Shown in pieces: positions 39,371 to 50,140 of a stretch of DNA of 64,000 nt; position 1 is the first letter of the stretch; every line of letters begins with the position of its first letter. The translations under genes and the position numbers were made by a program. Location: contig CP129472.1 of the NCBI GenBank assembly GCA_030583725.1, forward strand, positions 206,958 to 270,957. Reading direction: 5' to 3'. Under the pieces are notes generated by a model. It was not told where the DNA came from, ran no database searches, and worked only from the letters and a program-made list of their open reading frames with translations. Origin of the DNA: a bacterium. GTDB lineage: Bacteria; Patescibacteriota; Microgenomatia; UBA8517.

Positions 39371-40021
39371 TTATACAGCACCTCTACCACTAATCATAGC
39401 ATAAGGAGTTTTTAGGATTATTAATATATCAAATAAAAGTGACTTTTTCCTTGCATAGTAGGCATCCATCTCAACTCGTTTATCAAAATTGACATTACTT
39501 CTACCAGAGACTTGCCAATATCCAGTAATCCCAGGTTTAACTTTCAACATTTCTTTAATATGTTTTTCGCACTCAGGGAATCTTTTCTTTTGTTCATCGA
39601 GTTCGTCAACAAAACAAGGCCTTGGGCCAACCAGACTCATATCTCCTTTTAAAACATTGATAAATTGGGGTGTTTCGTCAATTGAATACTTTCTAATAAA
39701 CTTACCAACTTTAGTAACTCTTGGATCTTTGTTTAATTTAAAATTAGACCTTTTATACTCTTCATAGAGTTTTTTAAATTTGGGATTATTTTTAATTACA
39801 TCATAACCTTGAGATACCATAGACCTGAATTTCAAGTGATAAAATATTTTTCCATTTTTACCCACCCTTTGAGCAGTTTTGTTGTCTTTTTCAACCAATA
39901 CTGTTCCAGGAGATGTAATTTTAACTGCTATTGCAGTAACAATCATTATTGGTAAAAAGAAAATTAACAGTACTACTGAGGCGGCGATATCTATTACTCG
40001 TTTTATTGTTTCAAATAACAT
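39371..40021 (-). CDS. Initiating polyprenyl-phosphate sugar-phosphate transferase (bacterial sugar transferase, WbaP/CpsE C-terminal type)
   Basis: Single TM plus PF02397-like catalytic block (RPxL-type core; VGPRP). Confidence 0.8.
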   Translation of the reverse strand: MLFETIKRVIDIAASVVLLIFFLPIMIVTAIAVKITSPGTVLVEKDNKTAQRVGKNGKIFYHLKFRSMVSQGYDVIKNNPKFKKLYEEYKRSNFKLNKDPRVTKVGKFIRKYSIDETPQFINVLKGDMSLVGPRPCFVDELDEQKKRFPECEKHIKEMLKVKPGITGYWQVSGRSNVNFDKRVEMDAYYARKKSLLFDILIILKTPYAMISGRGAV

Positions 40022-40030
40022 AATTTATGT

Positions 40031-41188
40031 TTAAAGAAGCTCTTTTCTCCCGTCGTTTTTAAGTTTTTCAACTATCTTCTTGACAGATTGGGCGTGACTT
40101 TTTGAACAAACCAAAAGCGCTTCTTTTGTGTCTACAATGATTAGATTATCTACATCTATTGCAGCAATCAATCTACCGTCAGAATGGATTAAAGCGTCAG
40201 TAGTGTCAATATTTATAATCTCTCCCCCTTCTTCATTACTTGAAATTAATACATTACCGGATGTATCTTTGGGTAAATTTTTCCAAACCTCGTTCCAATC
40301 GCCGATATCGGTCCAGTTGTAATCTGCAATTAACATACATATATCTTTAGTTTTTTCTGAAATTGCGTAATCCACGGAAATCTTATCAAACTTTTTGTAC
40401 TCACTTTCGATCACTCTGTGTTCGTTGTTTCCGCCAATATTCTCCTTAATTTTCTCCATACCCAGATAAAGCTTTCTTGCGTATGTTTTAACCTCCTCTA
40501 AAAATTTATCTGCTCGCCATACATAATGGTTTGCATTCCAAAAATATTCCCCCGACTCTGTATATTTTTTAGCAAGCTCAATAGGTGGTTTTTCAATAAA
40601 TCTACTCAATTTATATACATACCTACCTTCAGACACTGCAATCTTATTACCTTTCTTTAAGTGACCCATCCCAGTATGAGGATACGAAGGCCGAATTCCT
40701 ATTGAAATTAAACAATTATTCTCAAATGCATATTTTGTTGCAGCATGCATTGTTTTCTCATAATTGTGTTGCGGGCTAACAAAATGATCAGAGGCAGCAT
40801 TGATAATGACGGCGTTTGAATCTTTATTCAAAATGTAGACAGCCCCAAGAGCGTGTGCAGCAGCGCTATCTTTTCTTTCCGGTTCAACTAAGATGTTTTC
40901 TTTAGGAACTTTGGGCAATAACTTTCTTATTTTGTCACCATAGGGCTTTGATGTAGTAACAACAAATATCTTCTCCCACGGAAGAAATTTATTTAATCTC
41001 TCACCAGTAATTTCAACCAAGGTCTTACCATTAAATATTTCTAAGAATTGTTTTGGAGATTTCTCAAGTGACTTCGGCCAAAGTCTAGTGCCACCTCCGC
41101 CCGCTAAAATAAGAGCGTACAAGTGATCTTTGTAGTTTTCTTTGGAACTCTTTCTTTGAAAAAGATTTAGCATTTCTTTTAATTTCAC
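40031..41188 (-). CDS. manC: Mannose-1-phosphate guanylyltransferase-like nucleotidyltransferase
   Basis: ILAGGGGTRLWP G-loop; the true start is probably downstream of the ORF-track start (about 100-nt overlap with the upstream GT4). Confidence 0.65.
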   Translation of the reverse strand: MKLKEMLNLFQRKSSKENYKDHLYALILAGGGGTRLWPKSLEKSPKQFLEIFNGKTLVEITGERLNKFLPWEKIFVVTTSKPYGDKIRKLLPKVPKENILVEPERKDSAAAHALGAVYILNKDSNAVIINAASDHFVSPQHNYEKTMHAATKYAFENNCLISIGIRPSYPHTGMGHLKKGNKIAVSEGRYVYKLSRFIEKPPIELAKKYTESGEYFWNANHYVWRADKFLEEVKTYARKLYLGMEKIKENIGGNNEHRVIESEYKKFDKISVDYAISEKTKDICMLIADYNWTDIGDWNEVWKNLPKDTSGNVLISSNEEGGEIINIDTTDALIHSDGRLIAAIDVDNLIIVDTKEALLVCSKSHAQSVKKIVEKLKNDGRKELL

Positions 41189-42200
41189 TATTATTAAAAC
41201 TCATTGTACCAAATTTTTCAATTGCTTGCTGTAAACTTGCCACATCCTGACTATTAAAATATAGGCCAGTCACCCCATCCACTACAGTATCAAGTGCTCC
41301 ACCTGATTTATATGCAATTACAGGAACTCCAAAGCTTTGTGCTTCAATTGCTGTAATACCAAAATCCTCTTCTTGTGGCATTAAGAAGGCTTTTGCATTT
41401 TGATATACATCAATAAGTTTGTCGTCTTCTACAAAACCTAAAAACTCAACATTATCACCAGCCATTGCTTTCAATTTTTGTTCTTCAGGACCAACTCCAA
41501 CAATCAACAAGCGAGGCTTTAGTTTGTTAAATGTTTTAATTAATAAGTCAACCTTCTTATATTTAACCAACCTACCAATATAGAGATAATAATCTTTGTC
41601 ACTAATTTGAATCGAATCGTGGAAGGGCAACTCAACTGGAGGAAATATTATTTCACTGTCTCTATTATAGTATCTTTTAATTCTCTTTTTTACCTCAGTT
41701 GATATGGCAATTATTTTGTCTGGTCTTTTACTGGCAATTTTATCCCACCATCTTAAGTAATTAATAACTGGTTTTGAAAAAAATCTTAAAAATTGATTTT
41801 TAAAATATTCGTCATATCCACTCCAAAGATAACGTGTTGGGGTTAACATATAACAAATGTGGTGTGTGTTTGTTCCTGTAATTATTCCTTTTGCGGCTTC
41901 TGAGGTGACTGAAATAACCAAGTCATAACTATTAAAATCAAACTGCTCAAAGGCTAGGGGCATTAACCAACCAAATAGTTCATTTTTTTTCTTTGCAAAG
42001 GGGATATTTTGTAAAAATGATGTGTAAACTTTGGGAAATACTGTTGCCCAAGTAGCTTTTTTTTGGTCATATACAGCTGTAAAAAGTGGAGCTTTGGGAA
42101 ACATTTTATGAAGCACTAAAAGAACTCTTTCAGCCCCACCAAACTTATTTACCCTATCATAGACAATTGCAACTTTAAGATCACTTAGCTGCTTCTTCAT
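41085..42200 (-). CDS. Glycosyltransferase family 4
   Basis: GT-B fold, EDFG-type C-terminal block (EEDFGITAIEAQSFGVPVIA). Confidence 0.65.
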   Translation of the reverse strand: MKKQLSDLKVAIVYDRVNKFGGAERVLLVLHKMFPKAPLFTAVYDQKKATWATVFPKVYTSFLQNIPFAKKKNELFGWLMPLAFEQFDFNSYDLVISVTSEAAKGIITGTNTHHICYMLTPTRYLWSGYDEYFKNQFLRFFSKPVINYLRWWDKIASKRPDKIIAISTEVKKRIKRYYNRDSEIIFPPVELPFHDSIQISDKDYYLYIGRLVKYKKVDLLIKTFNKLKPRLLIVGVGPEEQKLKAMAGDNVEFLGFVEDDKLIDVYQNAKAFLMPQEEDFGITAIEAQSFGVPVIAYKSGGALDTVVDGVTGLYFNSQDVASLQQAIEKFGTMSFNNSEIKRNAKSFSKKEFQRKLQRSLVRSYFSGRRWH

Positions 42201-43237
42201 ATATCTTTAAGGTTTCTTTTGCCATTTTGGCCCAAGAATATTTTTTTAAAAAACTTTTTGCATATTCTATTTTTTCTAGTCGTTCTTTGTTGCCCATATT
42301 AACTATGGCCTCAAGTGAACTTGCGATTGATTCTATGTTATTCGGGTCAAAATAAACCACAGAGTCACCGTACACCTCTTTTAAAACCGGTATATCTGAA
42401 ACAACCGCCACCGTACCTGCTTCAATTGCTTCCTTTGGTGGTAAGCCAAACCCCTCAGATATGGTTGGAAAAACAAAAGCTAACGAGTTTTTATACAGGT
42501 CTACTATTTTTTCATCAGGTACGTAACCCAAGAGATCTACATACTTCTCAGCGTTATTCTGAATAATTAACTTTTTAAGCCTTTCAGTAAAAACACCCCT
42601 ACTTGACGATATCTTAAGTTTAATTTCATACTTACTATTAATAAGCACCACCGCCTGTATAAGTCTTACTAAATTCTTATGTGGATAAGCATTGCCAGTG
42701 TATATAAAATAATCACCCTTCATAAGTTACCTCCACTTTATTCGATTGAATTTTATAATAATTAACGACCTCATTTTTGACCGCCTGGCTAGGTACAATT
42801 ATTTTAGTTGAACCATATATTGCCTTCGCAAAAGCAATATAATAGCCCAAGCGCCAAATTTGATAAATTGGAAACTTCCTTGTTGTTGCTTCTCCGCCTG
42901 CAAATTTATGCATTATAAGGTCGTGAATAGTAACAACATACTTACCAAAGTAAAAAAGTGGAACGTTAAAATGAGGGAAATGAACAAGGTCGGGTTTTAA
43001 TTTAGTAAGGAGAAGTGGCAATTTAAATTGTTCGGCAAATGAATAGTGTTTAAAATCAGCTAAGATCTTGGTCCAGTTATTGGGAAATTTTAATGATTCA
43101 TAATCATCTTTTCTAAGTAATATGTAATAAACATTTGAAGAATCAATCTTAGACAGATTATCAACTAACTTCTGAGTATACCGACCAATACCAGTGTCTT
43201 TAGGGCCATATAGCCTTGCATCAATAAGTATATTCAT
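42181..43237 (-). pseudogene. GT4 glycosyltransferase split into N-domain (42713-43237) and C-domain (42181-42723) ORFs by a 1-nt frame difference at a GGG run
   Basis: Removing one G from GAAGGGTGA (rc of about 42714-42722) reads through as ..VTYEGDYFIYTGNAYPHKN.., which matches the GT4 linker region. Confidence 0.6.
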
Positions 43238-43243
43238 AAATAT

Positions 43244-44461
43244 TTAGGTGTTATTTTTTTTATTAGTGTTCAGTATCTCTTGATAAACCTTCTCTAGATT
43301 TGCGACAATTGACTGCCAGTCGAAATTGTTAGCAACAAATTTCTTACCCTCTCTGGCTAAATTGGAAGAGAGACTAGTATCTCCCAAAACTTTTAACGTC
43401 ATTTCTGCCAACTCGCTAACTTGAGAAGAAACTAGAGCATGTTTACCTTTTTTAATATTTAATCCAGCAACACCTACTGGAGTTGAAACTACAGGCAAAT
43501 CTGATGCCATTGATTCTAATACCTTTAGTCTTGTTCCACCCGGGCTCATTATTGGGGTGACTAATACCGATGCTGTTTTAAATACGTCACGATTATCCTC
43601 GGGTGACTCTGTCACAATAATATTCATATCATTCTTTGCAATCTCTAATATATCTTTTGGTACAGATCTACCAGTAATCCATAATTTTACATTCTTAGCT
43701 TTTTCCTTAATCAACGGCCAAACATCTTTGATTAATATATTTACAGCCTCAACATTTTGCATCCACTTGTAGTCACCATGATATAGAATTCTAGCTGGTA
43801 CAAACCGCTTGACCTTTTTCTCTTCAAAGTAACTAACATCAACACCATTTGGGATGATGCCAACTTTAATCCCTGGTAGTTCCTTCTCCATTATTTCCCT
43901 GTCCTCTTCCGAAACAGCAAAAACCCTATTAGCTTTTCGCCAATAGTATTTTTCCCACCATTTAAGCTTTATAACATCAAACAGATAAATAAACTTAAAA
44001 TAAAATGGGACTTCATTGTCTACGTAGTGCTGATAAACAGAAAACTCAATTGTAGGCTCAACTAAAACAGTTGGCACGGAAGTTTTTGGGATATGTGGCA
44101 TAACATAAAAGGTTTCTGCATGAATCATATCGTAATCATTTTCTTTCAGTTCCTTAGTAATTGCTTTTCTTTCCTCGAGTGAAAAATTTCTCATAACAAC
44201 TAGTGGGTTAAAAGTAACCAGTGTTAAGAATAAATTACGAATGGTCCATGGCGATTTTGGCCTATCAAAAACCATTATTTTTTCACAATATTTTTCTATT
44301 TGAGGTAAGTATGAGAGCTCTTTTTCTTTATCTCCGCGAATCAACGAGACAACAGTTATTTTATGGTTCTTAGATAAGAATTTAATCAAATGATACCACC
44401 GCGTTTGACCACCAGACATTTGATCAATGGGTAGGAATGGTAGAAGCATCAAAATCTTCAT
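43244..44461 (-). CDS. Glycosyltransferase family 4
   Basis: GT-B, C-terminal Glycos_transf_1-like block. Confidence 0.7.
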   Translation of the reverse strand: MKILMLLPFLPIDQMSGGQTRWYHLIKFLSKNHKITVVSLIRGDKEKELSYLPQIEKYCEKIMVFDRPKSPWTIRNLFLTLVTFNPLVVMRNFSLEERKAITKELKENDYDMIHAETFYVMPHIPKTSVPTVLVEPTIEFSVYQHYVDNEVPFYFKFIYLFDVIKLKWWEKYYWRKANRVFAVSEEDREIMEKELPGIKVGIIPNGVDVSYFEEKKVKRFVPARILYHGDYKWMQNVEAVNILIKDVWPLIKEKAKNVKLWITGRSVPKDILEIAKNDMNIIVTESPEDNRDVFKTASVLVTPIMSPGGTRLKVLESMASDLPVVSTPVGVAGLNIKKGKHALVSSQVSELAEMTLKVLGDTSLSSNLAREGKKFVANNFDWQSIVANLEKVYQEILNTNKKNNT

Positions 44462-44463
44462 CT

Positions 44464-45900
44464 TTATTTAATTTCCATATGTAAATTTAAAATTATAAAC
44501 TTATCTGTTTTTATAACTGTTTCAAATCTTTTAGAGAAATTTATAGTATCAGGGCTACCTAAGTTAATAGAAACATAATAATCAGCACCTCTTTTTATTA
44601 TATTGTCTATAGAGCTATCTACAGCAGGCCAGCCTTTTCTTTTTGTTTGATAAAGAAAAGCCGTGTCACCATTATATGGAATTACAATTTTAGCAGTCTT
44701 GGGTATTGTTTCATCTACCACTTTACCAATTTCCATAAGTTCAGGATGATTTACTTGATAAAAAGGTTTTATTCTATCCCAACTCACTAAAAACATCGTA
44801 ACAAGGGAAACAATTAATAGAACCCTTGCCCTTTTCCAAAGATAGACTGTACCTAAGGCAAGGGAAAGTGAAATTGCAGGAATTATCATTATTTGGTAAT
44901 AATCATGTCTAACATTGGCGGTTGCTACTACTATTAAATAAACAAGCATGGCCAAATTTAAATTAAGACTAAAGTTACTTTTACCACGAAGTGGCAAGCT
45001 TGACTTTAACGAAGTCAAGCTGTGCTTATATTTCTTTATTAACCCAAAAGCATATGGAATAAGTCCCCAAGTCCCTAAAATTAAGATACCTATTCTTTCA
45101 CCAAATAACCACCTAAACCAAGCAGGGTGAAATCTGATTTTGTCACCATTAAATGCCCACTTATAAAATGGTATTCCTTCAGGGTGTAAACTGGTCCAAA
45201 AGCGCCATACTAAAAATGGTGCAAAAGCAATTAGTCCAAATACCAAATGCTGTTTAATTTTTTCTTTCTTCAAAAATTCTGGTACCAAAGGCAATAAATA
45301 AACCCCAAGATATGGCTTTTGTAAAAACGCCAAAGCAAATAAAATTGCAGATACTATATTGTTTAGACCAAAATAATAAAGCCCAGATACTGCAAATAAT
45401 ACACCTAGTGGGTCAGGTAAAATTACTCTTGAAAAATATACATTAAATGGCAAAAACAAAAAGAAAAATGCGCTCAACAAACCTATCTTTGAAGAATAAT
45501 GTTTTTTAGCAAGTAAAAACAAAAAGAATGCAGTAACTAAACTTATTAATGAGGTTAAAAGTCTTCCCCAAATCTCAAGAGAGAATAAAGGAAATGCTTT
45601 AGTTAGTGAGGCATGAAGTGCATTATAAATTGGGAATTCAACCATTCTTATACCCGTTGGGTTATCAATCCCGCTTTGGATGCTACTAACATCATCATAT
45701 TTTGGATACAAAAGGTCTATGCCATCATTAACGTAGTTTCTAGATACTGCAGAGGTGTCGGCTTGTCTCCAACTATGCCAATCAGCGACTGGGTTATCAA
45801 TTTTGTAAAGTCTAACGAAAAAACCAAGGATTATTAAAAACGAAAGTATTATGTACTCATTTTTCACGAGTGTTTTCACTTGGTTTAGTATAGTGTTCAT
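44464..45900 (-). CDS. GT-C fold membrane glycosyltransferase (ArnT/PMT-like, GT39/83-type)
   Basis: WHSWRQADT loop after TM1; polytopic membrane protein. Confidence 0.5.
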   Translation of the reverse strand: MNTILNQVKTLVKNEYIILSFLIILGFFVRLYKIDNPVADWHSWRQADTSAVSRNYVNDGIDLLYPKYDDVSSIQSGIDNPTGIRMVEFPIYNALHASLTKAFPLFSLEIWGRLLTSLISLVTAFFLFLLAKKHYSSKIGLLSAFFFLFLPFNVYFSRVILPDPLGVLFAVSGLYYFGLNNIVSAILFALAFLQKPYLGVYLLPLVPEFLKKEKIKQHLVFGLIAFAPFLVWRFWTSLHPEGIPFYKWAFNGDKIRFHPAWFRWLFGERIGILILGTWGLIPYAFGLIKKYKHSLTSLKSSLPLRGKSNFSLNLNLAMLVYLIVVATANVRHDYYQIMIIPAISLSLALGTVYLWKRARVLLIVSLVTMFLVSWDRIKPFYQVNHPELMEIGKVVDETIPKTAKIVIPYNGDTAFLYQTKRKGWPAVDSSIDNIIKRGADYYVSINLGSPDTINFSKRFETVIKTDKFIILNLHMEIK

Positions 45901-47240
45901 TGTTTTTTAATTCCCCCAATAACAAGGCCTGCAAAAGTCCAATAAATAATTGCAAATTTAGACGCCTCAAAGATGTCAATAAACACAGCAGTCATCATTA
46001 TTCCAATAGTTGAACCGACAAATCCTGCAATAAAAATAGACTTAAAGTTATCGCTAAACACGTAAGTTTTGATTTTCTTATACATATAAATAAAAATTAG
46101 AATAAAGGACATCAAACCAAAAAGACCAGCTTCGCCTAGTGCCCTTAAATAATCATTGTCGGTTGCAAGTGTGATGGAGGAGTATCCAGTACCTAAAAGT
46201 GGATTTTTGTAGAATGCTCGTATTGCTCTTGGCCACTCAACATTTAAGCGAATTGATGTTGACCTGTCCTCATTTACATTACCATCTTCCCCAGCGTAGA
46301 CAACCACAACACTACTAACCTTTTGTATTATTACGTCATATATTCTTTTGTATCTAACTTGCAAATCTGGTGCAGTACCAAAAACAACTAAGGATAAAGC
46401 TACAACCATAACTATTTCTTTATACTTTTTTAATAAAAAGAGTGAGATAGTTGAGGCTAAAATGAAGGCAACTATGGAAATCCTAGAAACTGCCACAGAC
46501 AACAGCCAATAACCAAAAAATATAGATATACCTAGAATAATCTTTGACATCTTGTCTTTTAATACAAAGAAGGCAGAAATGAAAATAGGTAAAGTTAAAA
46601 CAAGGTATGAGGCTAGGTCATAATGCCCCGCAAAGGTAGAGTTTATGTGTGCACCAGGAACCCAACGGAGAGCTATACCCTTTGAATATTCTTCATTTTG
46701 AGTAAGAATAACTGGTAGATTAACATACCTTTGTCCCAATCCGTACAAGAATATAAACAAATTAACTAGAAGTAGGATTTTTATTAGATAGTTAAAAAAA
46801 CCTTGGTCCTTGAACTTAGAAATATAAATAAATCCTATAAAAAACAAAGACATATATTCAATTCTTCTTAGCCAGTGAAGCAGGCCAATTTTTAAGTCCA
46901 CTGTTTGGGTCAAATAAACACCTGATAATAAAGATACAAATCCAATCACCAAAAACAAAAGAATTGAGCGAGATACATTGTTCTTAATTACTCTTTTAAT
47001 ATTGGAAATTATGGGAATTGAAAAAATTAAAAATACGGCAAGAAGTAAAAAATCTTCCAAACGTACAGCTACATAAGTACCAGGGATCCTAAATGCTGGG
47101 AATTTGGGAAATAAGGGTACAACTATTAAAACTGCTGTAATAAGAATAACTTGCCACTTTGTAGCTAAATAGTTAGTTAATGCTAAAAAATTAATTTTTG
47201 TTTTTGACATTGATATATTCTGCAAATAATAAATAACCAA
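45897..47240 (-). CDS. O-antigen ligase / Wzy-like polymerase family membrane protein
   Basis: Polytopic membrane protein with a large periplasmic loop; Wzy_C-like hydropathy. Confidence 0.5.
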   Translation of the reverse strand: MVIYYLQNISMSKTKINFLALTNYLATKWQVILITAVLIVVPLFPKFPAFRIPGTYVAVRLEDFLLLAVFLIFSIPIISNIKRVIKNNVSRSILLFLVIGFVSLLSGVYLTQTVDLKIGLLHWLRRIEYMSLFFIGFIYISKFKDQGFFNYLIKILLLVNLFIFLYGLGQRYVNLPVILTQNEEYSKGIALRWVPGAHINSTFAGHYDLASYLVLTLPIFISAFFVLKDKMSKIILGISIFFGYWLLSVAVSRISIVAFILASTISLFLLKKYKEIVMVVALSLVVFGTAPDLQVRYKRIYDVIIQKVSSVVVVYAGEDGNVNEDRSTSIRLNVEWPRAIRAFYKNPLLGTGYSSITLATDNDYLRALGEAGLFGLMSFILIFIYMYKKIKTYVFSDNFKSIFIAGFVGSTIGIMMTAVFIDIFEASKFAIIYWTFAGLVIGGIKKQ

Positions 47241-47727
47241 AAACTGTGGCTAGGGCAACTACAATTATTCTAACCCATTCTGAACTTGGCATATATCGAA
47301 TAATTATTTTTTGTCTATATCTCACATCGTCACTTATTTGTGCATATTGTTCTTCTTTTGGCTCAAAACCATTAATATATATACTTTCCCTCAACGGATG
47401 AACAATCTCTTCTAAGAATGTACTTTTTGTTTGGTCACGGATTAAAGCAGGTGCATCTTCTGGAGGATAATTCAGTCGTGGTGTATAAATATTAAACCCT
47501 TGGTTAAATTCTTTTTCATAATGAGCAATTACTTCAGCCCTTGTGAGGTTTGTGTAATATCCACGCCTTAATGGTGTTTCAACGTCTGCTGGTTCAAATG
47601 ATTGAACAAAATCGGAAGGAGGGTTAGGAAAGTCAGGACTCTTGGGATAAACATAAACAGTTAATAACAAAAAAAATGCTACAAAAAACACTTTAAGTAG
47701 CAGTTTCGTTATATGAAATAATTTCAT
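47191..47727 (-). CDS. Hypothetical membrane protein
   Basis: N- and C-terminal TM helices. Confidence 0.35.
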   Translation of the reverse strand: MKLFHITKLLLKVFFVAFFLLLTVYVYPKSPDFPNPPSDFVQSFEPADVETPLRRGYYTNLTRAEVIAHYEKEFNQGFNIYTPRLNYPPEDAPALIRDQTKSTFLEEIVHPLRESIYINGFEPKEEQYAQISDDVRYRQKIIIRYMPSSEWVRIIVVALATVFGYLLFAEYINVKNKN

Positions 47728-48329
47728 TATTGGAACAGTCTTGCCCTCCCAAGTATATAGTTTGGATTTTTGTTTTTTCTCTCACCTATTGGTTTTGCTG
47801 GAACACCACCAACTATTGTAAACTCAGGAACATCTTTGGTGACAACTGCACCACCCGCAACAACTGCTCCTTTACCAATTTTAACGCCAGGCATAATTAT
47901 TACTCTTGGACCGATGAAGCAATAGTCTCCAATTTCAACAGGAGCAACTATTGCTGAAAAATCATCTTTGGAGAGATCGTGCTCAGAGTTATATATCATC
48001 ACACTTGAAGCAATGTCAGTGTGATTTCCTATTTTTAACTTGTCCCTTCCATCCAAGAATGCGTGATCTCCAATAATTGTGTCCTTACCAATTTCAATAT
48101 TCTTTAGGTTAAAAAAGTTTGCCCACATATGTATAGTTGACCCGCTGCCAATTTTCATACCAAAGAATCTATATTTAGTGTTTCTAATCATATGAGATGG
48201 AATATGCCCTACCCACCTTAGAAGCATAAGTACGAAGTCATAGTAGTAGTTTGCAAATCTATGAAGTATTTTATTCAAAGCCTCACTCGTTGATAGTCTA
48301 TTTCCGTGTTTATCTTTAAAAAATGTCAT
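47727..48329 (-). CDS. Hexapeptide-repeat (left-handed beta-helix) acetyltransferase, WcaF/CysE-like
   Basis: Repeated [LIV]G..x...G hexapeptide pattern. Confidence 0.75.
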   Translation of the reverse strand: MTFFKDKHGNRLSTSEALNKILHRFANYYYDFVLMLLRWVGHIPSHMIRNTKYRFFGMKIGSGSTIHMWANFFNLKNIEIGKDTIIGDHAFLDGRDKLKIGNHTDIASSVMIYNSEHDLSKDDFSAIVAPVEIGDYCFIGPRVIIMPGVKIGKGAVVAGGAVVTKDVPEFTIVGGVPAKPIGERKNKNPNYILGRARLFQ

Positions 48330-48336
48330 ATTTATT

Positions 48337-49473
48337 TTAATTTGTAACTTTTTCTAAAACATCTAAGGTTTCTTTTGCACATTTCTCCCAAGAAAACTTA
48401 TTAGCCTGCGTTAAGCCTTTCTTTATCAGATAATTATACTCGTTTTTGTCCATATTCAAAACTTTTTCCATAGATTCTGCAATACTATCTATATTATTTG
48501 GGTCAACTATCAAAGCTGCATCACCCAAAACTTCTGGCAGGCTTCCAACATTTGAAGCAATGACAGGAACACCTATTGCCATACTGGACAAGGCATCTAT
48601 ACCAAAACCCTCCCAAAAAGAGGCAAGTACAAATACCTTAGCGCCCTTCCTTAAAGCCATCTTGTCTTCCTCGGGTATGAAGTCTGTAAATATTACCCTA
48701 TCTTTAATGTTAAGTTCGTCCACAAGTTTAAAAAGTCCTTCATATAGCCAACCCTTTTTACCAGCTATAACTAACTTAGTATTTAAATTGGAGTTATTAC
48801 TAATAACTTGAAAGTATGCTTTAATTATTCCCTCTATATTCTTACTAGGTTTAAGTGTTCCTAGGTAGAGTATATAGTCATCAACTATAGAGTACCGATT
48901 TCTTATCCGTCGCACATCTTTTGGTGAAACTTTAAAGTCATTCTTGTTTAAGTCGTGAGAAAGATGGGTAACAGTAATTTTTTTCAAGGCTTGGGGATAA
49001 TGTCGTACAATATCCTTTTTGCTAGCTTCTGATATAGTTAGTACCCCTTTGGAGATGAAAACAGAAATAGCAGTCCAGTACTTTAACTGCCAAAACACTT
49101 TTTTTTCAAATTGTCCCGAATTTTCGAGATATCCTAGATCCATTATTGAGCATACTCTCGGGATTGTCAAGATGGGACAGGTATAGTGGCTTGGTGAAAA
49201 TAAAACATCGACATGGTCGGGGTTTTTTAAAAGGTAAGGAGTCAGTTTTGTAATAATCCAAAGTCCGCTACCAGATATTATTTTATACTTAAAGTTTTTT
49301 GTTTCCTTCGGAAGGTCATATAAAGGCTTCTCTTTTAAGTAAACTATGAGATTGTTAGGCTTACTCCTTTTTTCGTTAATTATTTTAAGCTCATGAAGAA
49401 GCTTAAAGGCATAAACATTGACTCCTACCCTATTTTTGATATTCGCTTCATTCCCATCAATACCTATATTCAT
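48337..49473 (-). CDS. Glycosyltransferase family 4
   Basis: GT-B, EGFG block. Confidence 0.7.
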   Translation of the reverse strand: MNIGIDGNEANIKNRVGVNVYAFKLLHELKIINEKRSKPNNLIVYLKEKPLYDLPKETKNFKYKIISGSGLWIITKLTPYLLKNPDHVDVLFSPSHYTCPILTIPRVCSIMDLGYLENSGQFEKKVFWQLKYWTAISVFISKGVLTISEASKKDIVRHYPQALKKITVTHLSHDLNKNDFKVSPKDVRRIRNRYSIVDDYILYLGTLKPSKNIEGIIKAYFQVISNNSNLNTKLVIAGKKGWLYEGLFKLVDELNIKDRVIFTDFIPEEDKMALRKGAKVFVLASFWEGFGIDALSSMAIGVPVIASNVGSLPEVLGDAALIVDPNNIDSIAESMEKVLNMDKNEYNYLIKKGLTQANKFSWEKCAKETLDVLEKVTN

Positions 49474-49634
49474 ACTTACACCATTCTATCTTATTTAGGT
49501 GGATTTAAAAAGAATTCCCTTGGGCCATAATGAGAAGTGGAGGATTAGTAAATTTACGGTATCAGGTATCTGAATACATTTTTATATGTATCATTTATGG
49601 CAACAATTATCTCAAGATATCGTGACCCAAATCA

Positions 49635-50140
49635 TCACATTTTCTTCAGCAAACTTTCGACAGACATAATGCCATCGTAAATAATGACATTTTCATCTGA
49701 GTTAGGCTCCTCAAACTCTGAAAAAATTCTTCTAAATTCTTCTAATGGCCAATGGAATCTTTTTCTTGACTTATCATTTTCTTTCCAGCGCTTAATAATT
49801 TCTGCTTCAGATAACTTTAAGTATATTATTATTGTTTGAAACCCTTCTTTTCTAGCAACATTTCTAGCCTTATCTCGCCACTCTTTTGTTATCCAAGCAT
49901 ATTCATTAACCACATTTTTTCCCTGTTTTAAATATTTAAGTAATAACTCATCAGCCTTTTTAAAAATTTTGCCCCACACTTCGTCTGGAACATCATCGTC
50001 ACTACATCTGAATAGCCCATATCCCACTTTAGTTGATCTAAGTTGATGTGGACAAAACCGTAGTTTTCTAATTCTTTAGCCAAAGTAGTCTTACCTGAAT
50101 ACGGAAATCCAACAAGTAAGTATTGTTTTGGCTTATTCAC
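49635..50140 (-). pseudogene. P-loop (AAA_33/zeta-like) kinase split by a frameshift
   Basis: N-terminal ORF 49928-50140 has Walker A GFPYSGKTT; C-terminal ORF 49635-50027 starts at GTG; the frames swap near 49990-50030. Confidence 0.55.

Noticed and set aside
41085-41188. Roughly 100-nt overlap between the GT4 and manC ORFs as a fusion or frameshift
   Set aside because: It is more simply explained by an over-extended manC start in the ORF track; the conserved G-loop begins about 23 codons in.
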